DNA of 64,000 nucleotides, taken from Methanobacteriota archaeon (GTDB taxonomy: Archaea > Thermoplasmatota > Thermoplasmata > SG8-5 > JAGLSY01). Positions 39,230-46,951 of this stretch are shown in pieces. The position numbers were made by a program, and so were the translations under genes. The notes under the pieces are model-generated. The model worked only from the letters and a program-made list of their open reading frames with translations, was not told the DNA's origin and searched no databases. Each line of letters opens with the position of its first letter. The stretch's first letter is position 1. Location of the stretch: NCBI GenBank assembly GCA_020696385.1, contig JAEHCQ010000007.1:32001-96000 (forward strand), in the 5' to 3' direction.

Positions 39230-40657
39230 ATGACGACCAAAGAGCAGGCAAATGAGATATTGAAGAAAGAGAATGTCAAATGGGTGGAGGTCCAGTTCAG
39301 CGATGTCTTCGGCAGGAACAGATGTGTCTTCCTCCCGGTTCGCAAGTTCGTGGATGGCCACGCATGGGAGCGCGGCGTGAATTTCGATGGATCTTCCATC
39401 GGGTTCCTGGCCACGGATGACAGTGATATGAATGCCTATCCAGATCCAAATACCTTGATGGTCCTGCCTTTCGAGGATTCACCCGGTGAAAAGACCGCCA
39501 TCGTCATATGCGACATAAGGGATGTGAATACGAAGCAAAACTTCTCGGGCGACCCGAGAAGCATAGCGAAGAACTCAGAAAGAGTTCTCCACGAACGTGG
39601 TTTTGATGGCGTAAATATTCTATCCGAAATGGAATTCTTTGTTTTCAAATCCATGGAAGCAGCCCAGATAGAGAATGATGTCTGGGGCATGGATTCCAAT
39701 ATAGGTGGAGGAAGCCTGAAGGTCATTCCAACCCACATCAAACCATTGGTGGATCATGATTATATCATCAAGCCCAAGCAGGGTTATTTCCTCGCCCCTC
39801 CGGAAGATAGAGTGGCAGGATACCGTCACCAGCTTTCAAATCTCATGGAGGAATTTGGATTTCCTGTCAAGTACCATCACCATGAAAATGGGAATGGCCA
39901 GCATGAGATCGAATTTGAATTCATAGAAGGAGTTACGAAGCCAGCAGATGCATGTGTGATCTTCAAGCAGATGTCCAGATTATTGTCACAGGACAGAGGA
40001 TTCGTCCCAACTTTCATGCCAAAGCCGCTTTTCGCGGACCTGGGCAGTGGCCAGCATGCGCATCAATACCTTACAAAAGATGGGAAGAATGCATTTTTCG
40101 ATGCGGATGATCCAGATCATTTATCCCAGATAGGCAGATACTATATCGGTGGAATATTGGAATATGCCAGTGACATGGCCGCGATCACCAACCCGATCAC
40201 GAATTCCTACAAAAGATTGATACCTGAATTTGAAGCACCAGTCTTCAAATCATGGTCCTTCAGAAACCGCACTGCCCTGATAAGAGTGGCAGCACCCACC
40301 CACAAGGCCCATATCGATGTGGAGCCAAGACAGGCAGATCCCACATGCAATCCTTATCTCGCATATTCCCTATTCATCCATGCAGGGCTTGAGGGGATCA
40401 AGAAGAAGATCGATCCAGGGGAGCCAGTTATTGGTGACGTGACCAAGCTTTCAAAGAGAGAGATGAAGGAGAAGGGAATAGAGATCCTGCCAACAACCCT
40501 CGAGAACGCACTTGAGTTCATGGAGACATCGGATTTCGTGAAGCGCATCCTGGGTCAGAACCTCTTCGATCATTATCTTGAAAAGAAGAATGAGGAGCTC
40601 TTTGCCAAGAGGATATATGTCTCTCCATGGGAACATTACATGTATTTCAACAGTTGA
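39230..40657 (+). CDS. glnA: Glutamine synthetase type I
   Basis: Motifs FDGSSI, EMEFF, HHE...GQHEI, TFMPKP, GSGQH.H, NSYKRL.P.FEAP and NRTALIR. Confidence 0.95.
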   Translation: MTTKEQANEILKKENVKWVEVQFSDVFGRNRCVFLPVRKFVDGHAWERGVNFDGSSIGFLATDDSDMNAYPDPNTLMVLPFEDSPGEKTAIVICDIRDVNTKQNFSGDPRSIAKNSERVLHERGFDGVNILSEMEFFVFKSMEAAQIENDVWGMDSNIGGGSLKVIPTHIKPLVDHDYIIKPKQGYFLAPPEDRVAGYRHQLSNLMEEFGFPVKYHHHENGNGQHEIEFEFIEGVTKPADACVIFKQMSRLLSQDRGFVPTFMPKPLFADLGSGQHAHQYLTKDGKNAFFDADDPDHLSQIGRYYIGGILEYASDMAAITNPITNSYKRLIPEFEAPVFKSWSFRNRTALIRVAAPTHKAHIDVEPRQADPTCNPYLAYSLFIHAGLEGIKKKIDPGEPVIGDVTKLSKREMKEKGIEILPTTLENALEFMETSDFVKRILGQNLFDHYLEKKNEELFAKRIYVSPWEHYMYFNS

Positions 40658-40752
40658 TGAACATGTATCACATGTATTTCAACAGTTGATTAATATATAG
40701 CATATACTTCGACAGTTATTGAACAGACATAGCATGCACTTCAAGAATTAGA
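40638..40752 (+). repeat. Decaying direct repeats of the glnA 3' end
   Basis: ACATGTATTTCAACAGTTGAT occurs exactly at 40638 and 40670, with degenerate copies at 40700 and 40732. Confidence 0.85.
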
Positions 40753-40917
40753 CAATTTGGAAACATGTGCAAGTACTGGCACTGCCATAATACAGATTAT
40801 ACCACAATGTAGAATTTTCATAGCCAGTGCATCAGAAAATATGATTGATTTACTTTGGGAATTCCCATGGAAATCCCTAGATATCTTTATTATCTCGACT
40901 GCTGATATTGATAGTAC

Positions 40918-41847
40918 ATGAAAAAAAATTCAAGTAGTCAAACATTGGAAATGTTGAGTGAGCTTAAGATAAAGATAGCCGTGATCGCTCTGGTTGCAAT
41001 ACTGGTCGTCATCGTTGTCGTACCATTATCAATGCTCGTGAACGTACCTGCAGGCTACAAAGCCGTGGTGGTAAGAGGATTCGGAGTCGGACATGTCTTC
41101 GATGAAGGATGGAATATGAAGAACCCACTGTCATCTGTGGACTATGTAAGATACAATACACAGAGAGTGGAGTTCATTGGAGCCTCTTATGGAGAGGATA
41201 ATGTGGGGAATATCGTTGTCAATAGTAAGGATAATGTGGCGATCTTCATGGATTTCCAGGTGGTCTTCCATCTTGAAGAAAGCTATGTGGGTGATATACG
41301 TATCCAGAATGGTGACTTTGAGGAAACCATAATCGTGCCAATATGCCGCTCTGTACCTCGTGATGTCTGTGCAAAATTTGATGCTCTGGAGATCAGAGGT
41401 GACAGCCGTGATCTTGTGGCATCTGCCATAGAGCGAAACATAACAGCGAAATTCTCTCTCAAACACATAGTCATGGAGGAGTTCGCCTTACAGGAGATCT
41501 CACTGCCAGTTGAATACGAGTCTGCCATAAACGAGAAGAAGGTCGCGGAGCAGAAGGTCATAACCGAGGAGTACAATCTCGATGCCCAGTCCTTCATAGC
41601 CGAGAGAGAGATAATAGACGCTCTCGCTCAGGCCAATGTCACCATCATAGATGCGGAGGCAAAGGGTCTGGCAGTCGGTATCATCATGGATCAGTTCAAT
41701 GTAACTGATGAGTCTGAAGCAGCAAGTATCTATCTCCAGTGGCTGTACATAAGAGCCCTGACAGATGAGAACACGAACATCGAGTACATAATGGGAGACA
41801 ATCCCTTCATACTTGATCTGACTGATTCTGACGCGGTAACCCCATAA
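40918..41847 (+). CDS. SPFH/prohibitin (band 7) membrane protein
   Basis: TM helix followed by VPAGYKAVV, V.SKDN, RS..RDV.AKF and AINEK.VAEQ. The start may be 40951. Confidence 0.88.
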   Translation: MKKNSSSQTLEMLSELKIKIAVIALVAILVVIVVVPLSMLVNVPAGYKAVVVRGFGVGHVFDEGWNMKNPLSSVDYVRYNTQRVEFIGASYGEDNVGNIVVNSKDNVAIFMDFQVVFHLEESYVGDIRIQNGDFEETIIVPICRSVPRDVCAKFDALEIRGDSRDLVASAIERNITAKFSLKHIVMEEFALQEISLPVEYESAINEKKVAEQKVITEEYNLDAQSFIAEREIIDALAQANVTIIDAEAKGLAVGIIMDQFNVTDESEAASIYLQWLYIRALTDENTNIEYIMGDNPFILDLTDSDAVTP

Positions 41848-41897
41848 GTATAGATTGGGGAATTGTAGAGACCAAGCTATGCTTGGAGAATCAATAA

Positions 41898-41928
41898 TGC
41901 CCAGCTGAAAAAGCTGGGCAATCTTTTT
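41898..41928 (+). terminator. Hairpin plus T-tract
   Basis: TGCCCAGCT/AGCTGGGCA followed by ATCTTTTT. Confidence 0.6.
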
Positions 41929-41996
41929 CATTTAATCTTTTACTTTATGATTAAAAATATGATTATAAATCTTTTACTTAATGAGTGTAATATTCA

Positions 41997-42356
41997 TCAG
42001 CCAATGCCCTCAATTCCCCTTTCAAGAACATCTTCTCTCATTATCAATTTCATCTCCCATCTGGCATATCTCATCGCTTTCACCTGCATGATGTCCCATA
42101 ATGAAGAGGAATCGTCAAAATCAATCGCATGATCCTCCTCAAATACTTTTGGCAGTGGTAGAACAGGCGGTATCTCCCCACCCATATCCAGGAATTCCTT
42201 TTCTCGCCTGGCAAGGTCGGATTCCCATTGAATGAGTTCCTCTTCCTTCAGCTTGAACTTAGCGGTCTCGTCCTCCATTATCCCCCAGACCGGGCGAAGG
42301 CTATTGGAGTCCTCATTGTTAATATCCTGATTTGTCTGATCATCATCGGGTGCCAT
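41997..42356 (-). CDS. Hypothetical protein with an internal repeat
   Basis: A GAGG SD precedes the ATG. The motif W.IM...WE..L..RE occurs twice. Confidence 0.55.
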   Translation of the reverse strand: MAPDDDQTNQDINNEDSNSLRPVWGIMEDETAKFKLKEEELIQWESDLARREKEFLDMGGEIPPVLPLPKVFEEDHAIDFDDSSSLWDIMQVKAMRYARWEMKLIMREDVLERGIEGIG

Positions 42357-42487
42357 GGGTTTGCCTCACAACCTAGATATAATACTGGCACATAATGTTT
42401 TTGAAAGAATGGAAGAGTATGGATTATAATACCTGAACATTGGCCAGCATACCATAATTGGCCATAATTATGGCCATCAATAAACTT

Positions 42488-42883
42488 CTACTTCTTTGTC
42501 AAGTAATTGGTCAATGCCTTCCTCAGAGTGTCAGCCGAGAGTTTGGCACAATGATGGTGGTCCTCTGGAAGTCCACCCAGCTCATCGATCACATCCTGGT
42601 CGGATATCTCCAGTATCTTATCCAGCTTATTTCCCTTGGCCATCTGGGTCGTGATGCTTCCGCAGGCGATGGTCGTATGACAGCCATCCGTGTAGAATTG
42701 GACATCCTCGATGATATTGCCCTTGATCTTTACATAGAATTCCATGGCATCGCCACATGAGCCAGTGATTTCTCCGAAGCCATCCGGATCGCTCATCCTT
42801 CCGACATTCTGTGGATCATAGGATTCTCTTATGAGCTTCTCGGTGTTCTTTCTCTTCAGTTTGGCATCATTGTCCAATATCAT
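42488..42883 (-). CDS. IscU/NifU-N Fe-S scaffold family protein
   Basis: Motifs P.NVGRM.DPDG, GSCGD, DGC..TIAC and LP.DHHHCA. Confidence 0.88.
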   Translation of the reverse strand: MILDNDAKLKRKNTEKLIRESYDPQNVGRMSDPDGFGEITGSCGDAMEFYVKIKGNIIEDVQFYTDGCHTTIACGSITTQMAKGNKLDKILEISDQDVIDELGGLPEDHHHCAKLSADTLRKALTNYLTKK

Positions 42884-43016
42884 CGAACCATGAAGAATGA
42901 CTGGCCTTATTAAATTTACTATATATATGGTGAATGATATATATGAAAATGAAAGCCAGGCATATGTCCATTCATATCTCTTAAATACCCTCAAGTTTTA
43001 CTGGTCGAAGGCGGTT

Positions 43017-44492
43017 ATGGGCATGTGGAAGAAAAACATAGACGGAGAAGAATATTTTTTGACCAAGAGTAAGTATATGAATGGTATCCAGTGTCCGAGA
43101 TTATTGTACAAGGTGGTGAACATGCCAGATGATATCCCACCGCCTGATGAGGCCACCCAGTTCATTTTCAAGCAGGGTAATGAGGTTGGGGAAATGGCCA
43201 GGAAGGTATTTCCTGGTGGCATCCGCATCCAGATGTTCCCCTGGCATACTATCACCAAGAGGACGAAAGCGGCCCTCAACAGCCTGGCCGAGCACGTTTA
43301 CGAGGCAGGGTTCCTTCATGATGAAGTGGTCGTGCTTGTGGATGTCCTTAGAAAGCTGGACGGCAAGACCGTGGACATCATCGAAGTTAAACAATCCACA
43401 AGGCGAAAAGATGAGCACATTCCGGATCTGGCAATACAGAAATACGTTGTTGAAGGAAACGGGTTCAAGGTCAATAAAACATTTTTAATGCATCTGAACC
43501 GCGACTACGTACATCCAGGCGGCGGAGATGCTGAGCTTCTGGCCATGGAGGATTGCACGGAGGAAGTGAACGAGCACCTGGCCACTGTGCCGGAAAGACT
43601 GGCTGCCATGAAAGAAACATGCGAGCTTCATTCACCACCCAGAATGGACATCGGCCCGCATTGTACCAGCCCGAGAGAATGCGCGCTCATGCCCGAGTGC
43701 TGGGCACGAGTTCCAAAGCCATCGATCTTCAATATAACTGGCTACAGGAATAAATGGGATCTGTACGAGCAGGGAATTGTTCAACTAAAAGATGTGCCGG
43801 ATGATATCAAGCTAAGCAATAGCCAGCAGGCGTTTCTGGACTCCTACAGACTTGGCCATCCGATAATAGATACCCGGGCGATCCAGGAAGAATTGGGTAA
43901 AATGGAAAAGCCAATTCATTTCCTTGATTTTGAGACAATAAACTGGGCGGTTCCCAAGCATGAGGGGATGCGATCCTACATGCAGGTTCCCTTCCAGTGG
44001 TCCCTACACACACTGGAAGATGGGAAATTGGAGCACAAGGAATTTCTCTGGGACAACCAGGATGATCCACGATTGCAATTAACTGAGAAACTGCTGGATG
44101 CCCTCGGAGACAAGGGCTCGATAGTTGTTTATTCATCCTTCGAGAAGAGCCGATTGAACGAGCTGGCGGACGCGTTTCCAGAGCACCGCGATAGAATTAA
44201 CGCGGTGGTCGATCGCTTATGGGACCAGCTGGAGATATTCAGGAACTTTTACACCGACGCAGCATTTGGAGGAAGCAATTCGATAAAGAACGTGCTGCCA
44301 GTACTTGTGCCGAATCTAAGCTACAAGGATCTGGAGATACAGCAGGGGGGACTAGCGATGGCCACCTTCGCCAAGTTCATCGAGATGAAGCCAGGCCAGG
44401 AAAAAGAAAAGATTAGAGATGCTCTTCTGAAATACTGCGAAAGGGATACGTTCGCGATGGTTGAGATTCATCGTAGGCTGGCGGAGCTTTGA
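43017..44492 (+). CDS. DUF2779-type protein: RecB/Cas4-like nuclease plus an RNase H-fold exonuclease domain
   Basis: N-terminal LTKSKY....QCPRLLY, VDVL...IIEVK, DLAIQ.Y and HC.SP..C....EC. C-terminal FLDFET, PFQWS, FEK..L, SIK.VLP and YCERD. Confidence 0.85.
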   Translation: MGMWKKNIDGEEYFLTKSKYMNGIQCPRLLYKVVNMPDDIPPPDEATQFIFKQGNEVGEMARKVFPGGIRIQMFPWHTITKRTKAALNSLAEHVYEAGFLHDEVVVLVDVLRKLDGKTVDIIEVKQSTRRKDEHIPDLAIQKYVVEGNGFKVNKTFLMHLNRDYVHPGGGDAELLAMEDCTEEVNEHLATVPERLAAMKETCELHSPPRMDIGPHCTSPRECALMPECWARVPKPSIFNITGYRNKWDLYEQGIVQLKDVPDDIKLSNSQQAFLDSYRLGHPIIDTRAIQEELGKMEKPIHFLDFETINWAVPKHEGMRSYMQVPFQWSLHTLEDGKLEHKEFLWDNQDDPRLQLTEKLLDALGDKGSIVVYSSFEKSRLNELADAFPEHRDRINAVVDRLWDQLEIFRNFYTDAAFGGSNSIKNVLPVLVPNLSYKDLEIQQGGLAMATFAKFIEMKPGQEKEKIRDALLKYCERDTFAMVEIHRRLAEL

Positions 44493-44593
44493 GTAGCTCC
44501 GAGCGAGCATGCTAACCCGAGTTTTCTTTTGCACTGTAATACTTTTCTTTTGGAGGGTTAGCCAGCGCAGCGAGGATAAAAGAAAAGGCTTAC
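44493..44593. mobile_element. Putative MITE/REP-like palindromic element
   Basis: GCTAACCC/GGGTTAGC inverted repeat; CTTTTCTTTT pairs with AAAAGAAAAG; GAGCGAGC and GCGCAGCGA motifs. It sits between the gene end and its echo. Confidence 0.45.
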
Positions 44594-44985
44594 GTGGGGA
44601 TACACAGAAGGCTGGCAGAATTATAAACATTGCATATGCCAGCAAAGTATATTCTCAACAATGTATATTCGGATCAGTACGAGCATGCCCCGGGGCGAGT
44701 GACGCAGACCTGGGGTACTATATTCTATATCTCAGTGAGTGACAGTTGCGATGTGCCAGCAAGAGAATAAACTCCTCGCATTAATAGAGCGAGGAGTCAA
44801 ATCAATCCCCGCCTCGATCAAAGCAGGGGCGGGGTCTTTATCCTCACCCAGCATAACAATTCCATACGAGCTTGCGTAGCGCAAGATCAAAGCAAAAATG
44901 CAAGGCCGTATTTGATTATGTAGGCTTGATGGAAAGGTATTTTAGATGCTATTCACTTAGTGAATCGGAGAGAATGGTGAAAGAG

Positions 44986-45903
44986 ATGAATAATCTGAAT
45001 GAGATGGCCCAGTTAGTGCCATCTGATAAAAAATATCCTGTTATTTCTGTCAAGAACCGGGGCAGATCGTGGAATGAATTCACGAAAAAAGAATTAAAAC
45101 ATATAAAGAGTCAATTTGATGGTACCAATTTGACAATAAAGAAAGTTGGCCCACTTTCATTTTCTTTAATGTTGGGCTCGGATCTAAAATATCACTTTGA
45201 AGCGCTCGACAATAAATCCAACAGAAAAGTCGCAATAATGATCTATGATACGCCTTTGTATTATGAGGGGCAATTAAGTTTGATAAACCATGTTATGGCT
45301 GATTTGAGTAGATCAAAGAAACATACCGATTATTTGATATTGATCTACTCTACGAATCAATTACCTAAGGACTATCGCTATTACCTTTCAAGCACACCCA
45401 TGGTAAAACTGGAATTGGCGCTTTCCTGGGTTTATCAATTAATAAAATTCGAATATGAAAGCAATTTGAATAAAGAGCTAAACTCGGGAGAATTGGGGAG
45501 TGCTGTAAAGCGATATACTGGCAATGCTATGCCATTAGGCGAATTCAGTCAGAATATCGGGACATTTCAGAGGGCTATCAACGAATTGAGGGATATCCCG
45601 GACTCAACAAGGTATTCAAAACAACGGCTGAATAATGCCATCCAGGCATTGGGATTGTATTTTGGAAATTACCTACATACTGATATCCGGTTGAAATGGA
45701 ATATTGGACCTGACGGTGATCCTCGAACAATGAATATTCTTCCAGGATATTATATTGAACCATTCACAATAGTCGAAGATGCTATTGAAAAGGGAGATTC
45801 ATTAGAAGAAATCTATAACGATATAGTGGAGAAAGTTAAAAAGAACGTAATTCCACAATATGCAAAGCCAATAAAAGGAGGTGAATTGAAAAATGGGATT
45901 TGA
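44986..45903 (+). CDS. Hypothetical protein (AT-rich), C-terminus DUF3806-like
   Basis: A GGTGA SD precedes ATG 44986 (alternative starts are 44929 and 44974). The product has an ALGLYFGNYL...LKW...P motif. Confidence 0.6.
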   Translation: MNNLNEMAQLVPSDKKYPVISVKNRGRSWNEFTKKELKHIKSQFDGTNLTIKKVGPLSFSLMLGSDLKYHFEALDNKSNRKVAIMIYDTPLYYEGQLSLINHVMADLSRSKKHTDYLILIYSTNQLPKDYRYYLSSTPMVKLELALSWVYQLIKFEYESNLNKELNSGELGSAVKRYTGNAMPLGEFSQNIGTFQRAINELRDIPDSTRYSKQRLNNAIQALGLYFGNYLHTDIRLKWNIGPDGDPRTMNILPGYYIEPFTIVEDAIEKGDSLEEIYNDIVEKVKKNVIPQYAKPIKGGELKNGI

Positions 45904-46297
45904 TGCTTATTTAATCACTGAAGGAGAGGAAAATGATATAGAACCTCCTACCGATTCTCGCTTATTTTCAAGTCTTATATTTGACATTGATTATCAAGAG
46001 GAATGCACTATGGAAATGTTATCGAATTTATATAATCTGGATTTATCTCCTTTACGTCAAGTTGGAAGCGATTCAAGCGATCAGGCCTGGCAAGATCCGG
46101 GTAGTCTTTCGCAGGCCTTTGAATCATTGCTAGAGGCTATAGAAAGAGAAGGCGATGATTTCATTGGTATGCCTTTGAACGAGCATCTATTATATCCAGG
46201 CGATGTAACATCCATTAAAAAATCTCTAAGGGAGGTAATTGAGGGCTGTAATAAGGCATTGAAATCAGGAAAGAGAGTACAGTTGGTAATTAATTAA
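45893..46297 (+). CDS. Hypothetical acidic protein (MGFDAYL... type, possibly immunity-like)
   Basis: Strong GGAGGTGA SD; overlaps the stop of the upstream gene. Confidence 0.7.
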   Translation: MGFDAYLITEGEENDIEPPTDSRLFSSLIFDIDYQEECTMEMLSNLYNLDLSPLRQVGSDSSDQAWQDPGSLSQAFESLLEAIEREGDDFIGMPLNEHLLYPGDVTSIKKSLREVIEGCNKALKSGKRVQLVIN

Positions 46298-46458
46298 AGT
46301 CAACTCACTTTTAGAATCGGCAACAGGGTAAGCATTGCCAGGCCGTGTTTGATTGAGGAGGAGGCGTGATTCCATACGAACGATTTTAAAGAACGTTCGC
46401 TATTCAATTATGGGTGAAGGCCATGAGCACGACTTAATCAAATGAGGAGGATGTTGAT

Positions 46459-46935
46459 ATGACGCGTTTACAAGTTCGTTTTACCCAGAAACGCCCTAAT
46501 AATCAAGGATACTTGATGGGCTGGATACGGATTTACATTAGTATTGATAATAATATCATTCACGGAATCCATACATCGGATGTTTATCCGCCATATGATA
46601 GTTTTCTTGATTTTTTCCAAGATATTTTACATAACAATTTGCCTACAAGATGCGATATATATGAGGAGGGAATATTTACAGTGTTCATTGCGGAAGAAGT
46701 GCCTAATTCCGATTTAGTTGAATTCAATATCTGTGTAAAAAAGGATGAATATACTGATTCAGATCTCAAATGTGTTTATTCTGATAAATTTAAAAAGCAA
46801 GTATTGGTTCGTGAGTTTATAACGAAATATCGCACATTTTTGTCAGATGAATACCGTCCAGAATCTTGGGAAGAAGTAGGCGGACCAATGCCAATGTCAA
46901 AATTGGAGCAAATTGAAAAGGAACTAACAAATTAA
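46459..46935 (+). CDS. Hypothetical protein (AT-rich)
   Basis: GAGGAGG SD and an open 158-aa frame. Confidence 0.7.
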   Translation: MTRLQVRFTQKRPNNQGYLMGWIRIYISIDNNIIHGIHTSDVYPPYDSFLDFFQDILHNNLPTRCDIYEEGIFTVFIAEEVPNSDLVEFNICVKKDEYTDSDLKCVYSDKFKKQVLVREFITKYRTFLSDEYRPESWEEVGGPMPMSKLEQIEKELTN

Positions 46936-46951
46936 TTTCGTAGTGCCCTTC

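Noticed and set aside
40638-40752. Possible mini-CRISPR array after glnA
   Set aside because: The intervening segments are only 9-11 bp, the repeat is the glnA coding end, and no cas genes are present.
44509-44563. Integron attC site (GCTAAC...GTTAGCC)
   Set aside because: The outer boxes fit loosely, but the interior is not self-complementary, there are no L boxes, and the window has no integron integrase.
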